A DNA stretch of 58,469 bases, the filler included, from Bigelowiella natans CCMP2755 (taxonomy: Eukaryota; Protista; Cercozoa), in NCBI GenBank assembly GCA_000320545.1. It is 5 parts of 5 records of this genome, joined end to end, with 100 filler letters (N's around TTAATTAATTAA, not from the genome) between each part and the next. Parts side by side here need not be neighbours in the genome. Positions count along the whole stretch, not along the records: positions 38,210 to 41,787 come from ADNK01000687.1; positions 41,888 to 58,469 come from ADNK01003568.1; 3 more parts are not named here. One strand, 5' to 3'. Each line of letters opens with the position of its first letter. The first letter of the stretch is position 1. This document shows, piece by piece, positions 38,520-50,026 of the stretch. The notes beneath the pieces were generated by a model. That model was given only the letters and a program-made list of their open reading frames with translations. It ran no database searches and was not told the origin of the DNA. The position numbers were made by a program, and so were the translations under genes.

Positions 38520-41293
38520 ACTATAGCACAATCTCCCTCCCACCCCCCAATTTTTTTTCGTGGTTCATCATGTTGCGGTGGATTGGTGTCGGTACAATGT
38601 CCTCGCTGCGCATCGCCTTTTTGCTGCCGTCCTCCAGCAGCACTCCCCATCTGGCCGTTGCATTGTCGGTGGAATATGGGAAAAATAACGCACTCAGAAA
38701 CCATCGCGGTGATGACAAACAACAACAACAACAACAACAACAACAGCAGCAGCAACAACGATTGATGATGATGATGATGATATGATAATGAAAGGGACGA
38801 GCCCAGGAAGGAAGGTAAAGAGCAAAAGCGACGATGGCGGTGATAGAGTAGCGACGCTGCACCGGCAAAACGCCAACAAGATGCAGAAATTCTGCAGTGT
38901 TACAATCGGGGCTAGACCCCAACCAACGGCATCGCGTAAGAATCGAGGCAATCGACGATCTGTTGGAAATCCTTCTGAAAGGGCTTCACGAACGCACGTA
39001 GTTTCGAGGCTCTCCCCTCTTTTTCTTTTTCTTTCTCTCTCTCTCTCCCCCCTCCCCTCGCTCTCTCGCCTTTTCTTATCTTCTGATGACCTTTGCCGTT
39101 CGTCGCCCGCTCCGTCCCCACACCACACCATCACGGTGCCTCGCAAGCCCTGCATGTCACCGCGGACGACACGTACCTAAGGGAGATGATGATGATGATG
39201 TTGTTGTTGTTGATGATGATGATGATGAAGAAGAAGAGGAGGAGGAGGACACAGTATAGTAGTAGTAGAAGAAGAAGAAGAAGAAGAAGAAGAAGAAGAA
39301 GAGGGGGATGATTGCGGAGGGTTGGGTGGTAGAGCGTTGTCGGTTAGCATATGGAAACAAGGCGCATTCACACATGCATACGTGCACACACACGCGCACA
39401 TTAAAGTTTCATCACTTTTCATCATCATCATCATCATCATCATCACCACCATCACAACCACAAGTAGACCAGACGCATGCCAGACTCGCAGTTCCGTACT
39501 ACCTTGCAGCCTTTGTGGATGGGTGGCGCATTGAGCCGCTGCTGCTGCTTGTTTAGAAACGATGACGACGGTGGGGCTCCCGAGGCCGAAGGCGCGGCCT
39601 TTTGTTGATGTCGCCCGCTATGCTGGCTCTCCTCCTCATCATCTTCGCCCAATGCCGGCGTTCCAGTCGGCTGTTTCCTCGCGCCGTGGTCATTATTATC
39701 AGTCTTCTTCTTCTTCTTCGTCTCGATTTGCTTCTTCTTCTTCTTCGTCGAGGGCGAGGGGACCGCTCCTTTATTCGCATTACCCTTGCGGTGCAACGAC
39801 GACGCGGAAGACAGCGCTTTTCCGCGGCCGCCGCGACGGCTAGATGATGCTGCCGGGTTGGCCTTGGAGGATCTTGCGTGGGCGGGGGACTTTTTCGAGG
39901 AGGCCCGGGGCAAGCCTGCTGGGGTTTTTATGGGGGTGTTTATTGCGAGGTGTGCATGAATGTGAGATTGATTGGGTGTTTATTGCGAGATGTGCATGAA
40001 TGTGAGATTGATTGGGTGTTTGGAAGAAAGGGTTCCGGCATCATCATCATCATCATCGTCGTCGTCGTCGTTGTCGTCGCAAACGCACGCACACTCAAGA
40101 CAGAAAGCAATCGTTCGGACAAAAATTCAAATCGATGCACACGGAGATGTGATGGCGACGACGGTGGCGCAGCAGCAGCAGTAGAAGCAGCCGCAGTACC
40201 GCTTGGTTTCGCCGCTTTGCGCGCCTTCGTTGTCGTCGTCGGTTTCTTCCTCGCGCTCGAGATCCTACCACTGCCCCCCCGATTACCACCGGTACTCCTG
40301 CCCTTCGTCGCCCTTGCGACTGTGCCGATGCGCTTTCTCACAGGTTTTCCTTTCATCTTCTTCTTCTTCTTCTTGGGAGATGGTTTTCCCTTTCCCCGCC
40401 GTTGCAGTAGTGGCAGAAGCAGACGGCCCTCCCTCGTTTGCTTTGTTCATCCAGGATCCGTGCCGTGGAGGGGGCACTGTCAGCGTGGGTCGTCGTGGTC
40501 AGTGTCACACCTGCGTCGCCGTCGCAGCCGTCGTCGTCGTCGCGCCCCGGCAAATATTCCAAAAAGTTTCCCGTGCATTCGCTGGTAGCCTCCGGTCGGA
40601 CGTTGTACTCTGAAAAGCTATCGAGGGAGGGAGATGGTGGGGGTAAAGGGCCGGAGGCTTGGAGGGCTCCTTCGTCGCGATTGCTGCGAAAGCCCCCTCC
40701 CCCCCCCCTCCCTCCAGGAAGCTGAGAGGAGGATTGGGAAGCTGGGATGTGCACGTTGGTGGCGCCGGCGGCGTGGCCATGTAAATACCTGGTCGGTGTT
40801 TATGATGGTGAGGGGGGAGGGGGGGTTGCGAGAAAAGGAAAAGGGGGAGGGGGAAAGGAGTAGGAACCATCATCATCATCATCATCATCATCATCATTCT
40901 CTCTCTGGCTCTTCATCATCCTCATCATCATCATTCTCTCCCTGGCTCTTTTTTTATTTCGCTGCTGCGCGCCAACCACTGTTTGAAGGCGTCGAGGGCT
41001 CGAGCGAAGTAGGGGTCCCCCTCACCCCAGGGCAAGGATGCCGCTGCGAGCGCCGTATTGCTTCTCTGCTGGGGAGGGTGGCTGCCAGCAAAGCGATGCG
41101 CCTCCGACTCCTCTCGTGCCTCTCGCGCTGAGAGCGGGTGGTAGCCCCCCCACGCGGCGCGTTTGCCGCTGCCGTTTATGTGCGGTCGCCGCACTGCAGC
41201 AGCAGCTGCAGCAGCTGTGTACAGATAAATTAGATGAGTCGAGTTGGTGTGTGTGTGTGGGCGAGGAAGGATGGTTTTCGGCCGCTCCGCTCC

Positions 41294-41335
<42 letters not shown>

Positions 41336-41520
41336 TGTTTGTGTTTGTGTTCTCTCAGATCAATGGTATTTCGTAGTAATAGTCGTAGTAGTAGTAGTAG
41401 TTACAGTAGTAGTTGTAGTATTAGTTGTTGTCCCCACTACTACTTCTACTACTACTAATACCGCTGCTATTGCTTGCACCTCCTTCCTTTCGAACATGCC
41501 AGCCGATGGGAGTGTCACCG
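38274..41520 (-). CDS. Hypothetical Lys/Ser-rich nuclear protein with KOW/Tudor-like motifs (partial at both ends)
   Basis: Spliced PPIHKGCK|VRVVRGDMQGLRGTV (KOW-like), RWGVLLEDGSKKAMRSEDI and AVVALAPDY...GYPPGK (Tudor-like); Lys-rich NLS-like tracts. Confidence 0.45.
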
Positions 41521-41528
41521 GCTACATT

Positions 41529-41561
<33 letters not shown>

Positions 41562-41673
41562 TTTGTAGCAGCAGTAGTAGTGGTGCCACAACAACAACAA
41601 CAAACAAACACATCGTTGATAAGAAACAATGATAGGTAGCGACTCTGACTTCGACTCCTCAGTTGGGTTAATA

Positions 41674-41719
<46 letters not shown>

Positions 41720-41787
41720 GGGGGAGAGGGGGGGGGTGTCTGTCTCTCTGTCTCTCTCTCTGTCTGTGTGTGTGTGTGTGTGTGTGT

Positions 41788-41887
41788 NNNNNNNNNNNNN
41801 NNNNNNNNNNNNNNNNNNNNNNNNNNNNNNNTTAATTAATTAANNNNNNNNNNNNNNNNNNNNNNNNNNNNNNNNNNNNNNNNNNNN
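41788..41887. other. Assembly gap with TTAATTAATTAA linker
   Basis: Same 100-nt padded structure. Confidence 0.97.
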
Positions 41888-41935
<48 letters not shown>

Positions 41936-41949
41936 CCACTTCTACTCTT

Positions 41950-42619
41950 CTTATGCGACTATTACAACTACAACTACTGTTGCTGCTTCTACTTGTATCA
42001 GCACTCTCGAAGCGATAGTACTGGTCCTCGTCGAGCTTAAAGCCTGATGCAGTGAGGACTTGCTCACCCCCACTTATAGGTTCCACGTAATTCTGCATGG
42101 AGTTAGGAGAGGGAGAGACGGAAGGAATTAAATGTGCGGTTAAGAGAGGGAGAGAGCGAAGCTTTGATTCTGAGCTACTGGAAAATGGAGAGGGAGGAGG
42201 TGAACGTTCCAGTATTTTCACCACTCCCTTGCTTTCCCTCTTTCGAGATAAATCGTACAACACTACTACTAATAATAATCATAATAATCACAATAATAGT
42301 AATAATAACACTGATAGTACTACCACGAATATTGACTTTCTTGAGTCGATTTTTCTGAAACTCCCCATCTACACGATTTTGTGTGTTAAATAATGAGCAG
42401 ACCGCACTCAGTCAGGATGAAGCTCAAGGAGCAAGAAGAGGTTGCAGCATCATGCCGAAAACGTACCTTGGGGTGGTCCACGATGTTGGAAAATATCGTT
42501 CGAATAAGGGTGAAGTAGTTGAGGACTGTCCTGGGCTGTTTGACAAGTTGATCCGATAACACGATCCCAGTGAGAAGAGCGCGGATCTCATTTTCCGTTT
42601 TGTTCTTGCTCTCCGCCAT
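41950..42619 (-). CDS. PUB-domain protein (p97/Cdc48 adaptor-like), N-terminal exons, truncated at gap
   Basis: MAESKNK...LIRTIFSNIVDHPK|MGSFRKIDSRKSIFV|NYVEPISGGEQVLTASGF matches the PUB consensus NI..HP...YR.I.....F...V....GG..L...GF. Confidence 0.75.
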
Positions 42620-43130
42620 TGCTACACGCCTAATTTTCCGCCTGCCTGCGTCATGGAAAAAATATTTAGGGTCCGTCAGGCTACAGCACACATGTTTGCG
42701 CGTGCGTGCGTGTGTGAGGTCAACGTAAGGTAGAAATCGCATTTATCTATTCCGTATCTGCTGCTGCTTTCTCCACGTGCAAAAGGGTGCCTCGAATGAA
42801 CACCCCCACTGTCTCTTCCTACGTCCACTCCCTTGTACACAAAAAATTCCTCCCACCTTGCCCTATTCTCAACGCAGTCCGGCGCTCAAGATTAAAAGGG
42901 ATGGCCCACAATGTGTGAGAAATGAGGGAGGGGAGAGAAGTTTGCCTTCCGTGTTCAAGTGATATTTCCAGCTGCGACAACGAAATAAGCATGTCGCATG
43001 TGGGAATGACGTGATTAGGCAAGTTTCCTTGCTTGTGCATGCGATCTTTTCCACGACGACAACGATCTGTGGATGTCGTAGGGACAGTTGTCATTGACCC
43101 CCTTTCAACTGAAGTTGGCAAATATCAGGC

Positions 43131-44115
43131 ACTAAAGACAATGAAACTAGGAACGGAGGAGTGGCTAGAATGCCATTCTTGATTCCTCATGGTTTCACTA
43201 GTTAGACCTCACTGAAGTTAGTTCGAGGCACTGCATTTCGCACACTGCAAATGTCTTGTCACATTTTGGAAATGTAGTTCATCATCATTGTTCATTGTTC
43301 ATTGTTCAACTGTCAATGGGAGTCCTCGTTGTTTTCAGCTCGAGGCACTGCGTTTCGCACTTTGCAAAGTGTCATGTCATGCAACACTTTGGAAATTTGG
43401 TCGATCAGTGAATTTCTTTTTTTCTTTCAATGGAAACACTTCTTTGTTTCTTTTCAACTTTTTTTCTTTCCCTCACGTGCAGGGAGGACGTGCACGGACG
43501 AGTCAGCGTGTCCCATGACACGACTTGATTCGTGCCTGGACCACAGCCAGAGGCGTGCAGCCACGTGCATGACGATCTGGCACGGTCTGACACTGCCTTG
43601 GAAAAAAAAAAAGCTGCTGGTGCGGCGCTGGCTAGCTAGCTAGCTTGTTCCAGTCTGGCAGTGTTGAGCATGCTGCATGCGTGCTCCAAGCCAGCAAGTG
43701 AAGTTCGTGGTCGCCGCACACACGTGTGCACAGTGCCCTGCTAGCCTGACACGCTTGTGAATTTCACTTGGGCGCAAGTAGCCGGGCTTCTGAGACAGAG
43801 GTGTGCGACGAAGGTTCTGCGTTTCGCAAAAAAACCATTTGATCGATCGCCTGCAGTCGATTGTGTTCAGGTGCACAAAAAAACACGTTCTGCACCCAGG
43901 CCTAATTTGCGCGATCGGTTGGCGTGTTTGCACACCACACCGCCATTGTGGTGGTTGCCACGATTTTTCCATTGTTGCACACACATCACACACCACAGAT
44001 GCTTGTAGTGCGATGCACCCATGCCATCGTCTCGTTTTTCCATTGCCATTGACGCGCGCTTTAGCGTGGCGAACAATGGAACGCAGCCATGACAGTGCGT
44101 AGCGCCGCACTGTTT
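43131..44115. pseudogene. TpA-depleted hypermutated block 2 with fossil ORF and 55-bp imperfect direct repeat
   Basis: By eye, 16 TpA in about 985 nt, all CTAN or NTAG, with CpG abundant. Repeat copies at about 43223-43273 and 43340-43396. Minus-strand frame PIAQIRPGCRTCFFVHLNTIDCRRSIKWFF. Confidence 0.7.
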
Positions 44116-44470
44116 GCATATCCGTGCGATGATGAATGTGTGTGCTGCTAGGCTAGCAGGAGCTAGAGCGAGTGGGATTTTCATGATGCTTTTTGCATCA
44201 AAGGCTCAGGTCGTCAAGTTGCTTACCAACTAGCCCAGCTCTGACAATCATTTGCAACTACACTTATATTTCAGTGTCCCTATTCTCGCATGACCATTTA
44301 ATAGACAGACGAGTCACTTTGTTTCCAATGAAGCAAGATCGAAAGGGTAGTGACATCGACATCTAATACGCACGAGTCAATCTTTATTAGATAAAGTATA
44401 AAGCCAGAAACAATGTTCTTGGTGAATCGTGGAATTACACTGTCATCCTATTTTTCTAACTGTCGCCAGA

Positions 44471-46345
44471 CTATTCGCCAATAATGTATGATATGCCCTG
44501 TTCGAAGACTGCAGCACCCCGGTGGAGGACGGAAGCGCGCCATTTGTCACAATCGGGGTAGAAAGCTCTCAGCAGCACCTGTTTGACTGGTTCCTTTGGC
44601 TTCGTGGACCGGTTCGCGTGCCACCACGCACCCTCATTGATCATTGCCCTGAGGACCGAAATTCCATTCAATGTCCCAAATTCCTGGCACAGACTCAGCA
44701 CTGTTGGCGAGGAGGGAGCGTTGGCAAGCAGCTGCTTCGCGAGAGTATCGCAACTCCCTGCAGTTTCATAGAGAGTCCCGATGGCTGTGTCGCTCGCGTT
44801 CGGATCGGCGACATATTTCGAGCCGAAAATTGCGCGCAATGGTTCTAACAGCCCCGAGTCGTCGAATAGCAAGAGGTCCTGGCCGAACGCCCCCAATCCC
44901 GTATGAACGTCAACGTGTAGCACACGAAAGAGCTCTCTGATGATTTTTTTGGGGGGGAGGGGGGGGGTGGAGATAGCGGAGAGAAAGAAAGAGAGAGAAG
45001 ATAAGATTTCGAATGAAACATTTCAATATTTCCCCCTACGATTCTGGAAACATCAGCGAGAGTTTCATCCAGCTGGTATCTTCGATATACTTGCGAAAGC
45101 GGAGACACATATAACATAGAAAATGACATCATAGCAAAGCTGATGTTTCTCATACCAGTCGGGGGGAGATTGGATGTTATAGAGGGGGCAATAATATTAG
45201 CAGTAGCATCACTAATACTTGTTTGTGCAGCTTAATCCCATGGTTGCAAGCTCTTCAACGAGCATTTGAGGGCCAGGCTCGAGGCGTAACCCTCCGTAGA
45301 ATAAGCCGTTTTTGAACTCATATTGACCGCTCGCAAGGCCCTGTTTCGCCCTTCCGTACCCGTATCGGCAAACATTGTATCCTAGAGTGATGAGACGAGT
45401 ACGTAAGTGCAAGACCAATTTTGATGTCTTTCTCGGACTGATCACGTGGAACATGGGCATGTGAGTAGGCCATATCGACCTAGAAAGCAGTAGAAGCAGT
45501 CGCAGCATGCGTTCTTTGCTGGTACTAGTCCTCCATGCAGCGTCGGGTATATCTCTAGGGGTGCCAAAGAGCGTTCAGAATGCATTGTTCGTTAGTCCGA
45601 TGCTCGTACACAATGTAGCATTGTGAAGAGCTCCTCCTAAACGCGGCTAGTTGTTTGTGTGATAAATCTTACTGTTTCTCTTCCCTGGAGCTAGCATATC
45701 TTCGTGGCGATTTGACCCAAGATGGAAGTTGCGATTCAAATCCACATTGTTCTCGTTGAATTTGCGCAGCCAGGCCATTCCATAAGGGTTTACTGCGTAT
45801 GATTATTCTTATTAGTATTCTCACAATTATTACTATAAATACTATTCTAATTATTATCACATAGCAAAGTGATATTCAACAACTTTGTGCCATCAATGAA
45901 GGGTAAGATGAAATACCTGCATGAACCATGATGATCCTCACACCCTTAGCATTTTCGAGTCGCTTTCTAGCCTTCGCGTTCTCCTTAAGTCGCCTTAAAT
46001 AGTCTATCTGCACCGCTGGGCAAGACATTTTTCCAACATATTAATTAAACTTTCACACACAGCATATGGCAGAAACTCTATAGAATCACCTGAGCCCGCG
46101 AATCCCTCCACTCCATGCACCCCGCTAGTATGAATGAAAATGTGCCTTGGGTTTTCGGATTTGTCTCCAAGCACTGCAATATCTATGGAGAGCACCTCCC
46201 CGCTGGGCCCCCTCTCACCTTTCAAATCCAAGGATCTGGGATGATACGCTTTAATTGCCTTCGCCGCTTCCACGAACTTGCTCCGAGCCTCTGCGTAAGT
46301 ACTAGAAAAAGAACCGAGCCGGGATGGGCAGGCCTTGGATTCCAT
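44471..46345 (-). CDS. DUF2817 / M14-like zinc carboxypeptidase (spliced; start could lie up to about 46540)
   Basis: FSSTYAEARSKF, SGVHGVEGFAGS|AVQ, HA|VNPYGMAWLRKFNENNVDLNRNF, GQYEFKNGLFYGG, HVDVHTGLG, QEFGT and AFYPD. Confidence 0.88.
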
Positions 46346-46631
46346 TTCGCTGTCGTAACCAGTATTGAAACAAGGTGCAGTCTTATGGAACAACCCAACC
46401 CAAGCCGATATGTGGGGAAGAGGAGAGGGTAGGGGGGTGGGGCCCCGTCTTCCGAAATGCTCGGAAGATGACGGGAGTCTTCGACTAGCCCTGCCGGGCA
46501 AAAAATATCAGATGTCGTTGGGTCCATAATCCATGCCATTTTCTCGTACTTTTTGATGTCGCGCACTAGGAAATGGCCGGTCGTGCTGCTGCCCAAAAGG
46601 CCAGTGGCGTCATCTGAGAGAAGCGGCGAGC

Positions 46632-47309
46632 ATGGCACGCTCCTTACTGTCGCTGCGGTCGTACCTCAGAGCTGTGATGGTCGCAGCGACCATCGCGTTA
46701 GTCATGTGCGGCGGTGAGGAAGGTGGGGAGGTGAAGCAGTACATCGAAAACGGAGAGCTTGTCACTGCAGGGAGCGCGGTAGGCAAGCAGTTTTACATTA
46801 GCTATCTCCTTCGTTCCTGATATCTTTCCTCTCTCTGCCTCCCTCCCTCTCACATCCCTTGCCCGGCTTCTCTCCCTCTCCCCCTCCCTCTCCCTCTCCC
46901 CCTCCTCTTCCCCTGCCTCTCTCTCTCTCGCTCTCTCTCTCTCTCTTTCTCTCTCTCTCCCCCTCCCTCCCTCCCTCCTCCTAGGACTCGGAGCGATCAG
47001 AGGCATTCATGAAAAAACGTATCGAGAAGATGCAAGAGCACATGGAGGCTCAAGACAAGTCAGTAAGATTACCCGTAGGGACCTACCCTATTATACCTGT
47101 CGAGGGAGGAGGAGGAGGAGAAGGAGGAGGGAGGAGGAGGAGGAAGGAGGATGCTTGTAGCTTGTCATTCTCTGATCTGTGGTTCGTTTCGAGTTCAAAT
47201 CTTTGGATGCTTTTATTAGGGAAGAGGGTATTCGATTTAAGAGTCCTATTGCTGAAGTTGATCGAGAAGTTGTCGAGGGAAAACTAGGGGTGCTCCTTGT
47301 TTAAAAAAA

Positions 47310-47354
<45 letters not shown>

Positions 47355-47983
47355 TGAGCTCATGTTTATCTGCAAGCGATACTATTTATCTCGTCACCGA
47401 GGTGCTTTGTCTTTTTCTTACACCGGTGTCAGGTTGATCTATCTGCTAAGGGAAAGAATCGTTTTGACGTGCGAAACGTGAGGAAGCTATTCTAGTGTGT
47501 AGAATGGGAATGATGGGAAACTTAGCATACAACTCAAAAAAATGAAATGATATAAATTAATATGAAGCATAAAATCTACAAAAATGATTTCTATCTTTAA
47601 GCTGCTAAATCTTCTCGTCTATCCGTGCACCCGCTCATTCAAGTGTGTGAATGTTCGGCGTTTGCTCTATATATTTGTTCCTTGTTTCGCACACCACCAC
47701 GACGAGCACAGGCAAAGCAGCTACTGCGAGAAGGAGAAACATCCACAGTGTACGTCGTACAAAAAGACAGGTACGAAAGAAGATCATGTCCTGCACCTGC
47801 GGAGTGCTAACGTACCACCTCCATTAGAGGAGACATACATACGACCTATGTTCTCGAAATCCTTTCCCCCCTCCCATCTTTTCCAAGGACCTCCTGGTGG
47901 AGCATTGCGAAGTACTGGGTTTTCAATATCGTCCTCGTGGTATGCTTCATAGCAGATGTATCGATCAACTTGAGTAGTACTGT

Positions 47984-48037
<54 letters not shown>

Positions 48038-48284
48038 CACCTATCAGGGAGGGATATATGCTTACTGCCGGTCACCAATGGCAAAGTATCTAACCGCTAA
48101 GAAGAAAGTCTCCAAAAAACCTGACGCTAAGCGGCCAAAAGGGAAGACGAATAAACGCGCTGAGAACTTACCTGCAGTGGCAAAGGCACCGGCACGGAAA
48201 TCAGCAAATCAGAAAACATCCTCAGCTACGGAAGCGCATATGGTGGAAATTGACCTTCCAACCATCCCGACAGGGGTAGCATAG
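46632..48284 (+). CDS. Hypothetical type-I membrane protein with Lys-rich cytosolic tail (about 7 exons)
   Basis: Signal MARSLLSLRSYLRAVMVAATIALVMCG; phase-consistent exons ...AGSA|DSERSEAF...|...VVQKDR|GDIHTTYVLEIL...WWSIAKYWVFNIVLV|GGIYAYC (TM), then AKKKVSKKPDAKRPKG...*. Confidence 0.65.
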
Positions 48285-48303
48285 ATAGGAATTATGTGTA
48301 AAG

Positions 48304-48355
<52 letters not shown>

Positions 48356-48599
48356 TCATTAACAAATGAATTGATGCCACCATAGCCTCTCTTGAATATT
48401 TTGCTGGTCAAAAAATTTATAATTCCCAAATCAACTGCCGCGCCCGGATAGAAACGTACAGTTGCTCACTTTCAATCAAGAAGATGAAAAAGTTCAAATA
48501 GTAATGTCAGAGAGAGCAAGGATCACGCACAAGAACGAATGTGAACATAAAGTGGATGCTATTTTAGACATTTTGCTTGTATCGCACCTCTGATGAATG

Positions 48600-50026
48600 T
48601 TAGCATGCCTATCTTGAAGTTGCGCATGACGAGCTAAGGTGCCTCAATGTGAGATTGTACGTTTTTCAGTTCTACTTGCTAGATTGTAGCTTTGTTCACA
48701 TTGCCACTCAGCATTGCCATTCGCATGCCATGCACGTCCAATCTAGCAATGCGACACAGCGTGTCATGAATTAGACATTCTAGCGTTGTCAGCAGCCATG
48801 TCGCATGCATCTGTTGCACAGCCAACAGAAACCTGTAACAATGGCCTCCTGAGCATGATGCGCGGGTCAGGCCTCGGTTGAAACCCCCAGAAATACTGGA
48901 AAATCGTCACAAATGATCAAAACGCACTTCACACAATTTTTGTGAGCTTTTGCGGCTAGTTGGTGCGCTGAAACACCTCTGAACGCTCCAAAATGAGCTC
49001 AGATTCACACTCCATCGCATTTGCCAACACATGTGGACATTCCACATGAACAACACTTGTGATTTGCGCCCGCATTTGGTTGAAACTAGGAAAGTGCAGA
49101 ATGACAAATTTTGAAACAAAAAGTTCAACTGAAAAATTGCTCTGTTCCAGTGTTGTGCTCGAATTTTGAGATGCATGCTCCAGTGCTTGTGACATTGGTG
49201 TGGAAAAAGTGTGTGCGACACTCACATGTGTCTTTGCTCGCGAAAACTCAAATTGAGACAAGTCATCGTCTGCAAAAAATGGTGAGGTTTTTTGAAACTT
49301 GAGGCCTCCAAAAAACTTGAAAAGGGGTCGAATGCTGGCATGCTGGCATGGTGTGACTTCTGGACTTTCGCGTGCGTCAGTCTAGCAGTGCGTGTGCGGC
49401 CTGAAAGTTGGTCAGGCATTTTTTCCAAGTGCATTCATGATTTTTGAATCGCCGCTGCGCGTTGCACTGCGCTGGCTAGCTGGGGTTGGCCAAACCATGA
49501 GTGTTGCATTGGCACGGCTAGACGGTTTCTTGACTGCTGGTTGAGTGCCACCACACATGCACGCTGCACGCGTGTTGTTGCTTCTTTGCTGTTCCGCAGC
49601 ACGCTCTGCGGTTCCACACTCATCCACAAGGGGAGTTCACTCGCCAGGATTTCGTTGGTCCTTGTCATGCTCGGGGTGTCGTCAGCTAGTCAGCTGCGAA
49701 AAAAGTTCGATCATTTCGCCCAGAAACTGCATTTTTTCAACAGATTTCACAACGTTTTCCTCAGCTAGCGCTGGCTGGACAGATCTTGAACTTGGAAGTT
49801 TGATCAAGTTTCCACAGGTTCGGAGTCGAAATGGATCGAGTGCAGAGCAAGGATCTGCGAGGTGGTGGTGAACTTGGAGGGACCACAACAACAATGAAGG
49901 GGAGACGCAATTCGAGAGGCCATCTTCATCCCTTTGCTCTGAGTCAAAAAAAAGGCGAAATTCGATGTTCCAACACCGAAGAAAAGAAAATTGTCCAAAC
50001 TGCGTTGTTTGCACATCTAGATCTAG
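48600..50026. pseudogene. TpA-depleted hypermutated block 3 (longest)
   Basis: In 48901-50026 there are only 9 TpA by eye, every one in CTAG; CpG is frequent. Confidence 0.75.

Larger units (their letters stand above)
24800..42400. repeat. Zone of dense compound microsatellites, mostly intronic: (TA)n, (TG)n, (GA)n, (GAT)n, (TAG)n, (CAA)n
   Basis: Directly visible, e.g. 26920-26986, 31780-31843, 38410-38518. Similar tracts occur at 1-860 and 20870-21040. Confidence 0.95.

Noticed and set aside
48901-50026. CpG-methylation decay or classical RIP as the cause of the CATG/TGCA-rich blocks
   Set aside because: CpG is retained and TpA is lost. Methylation decay predicts CpG loss, and RIP predicts TpA gain.
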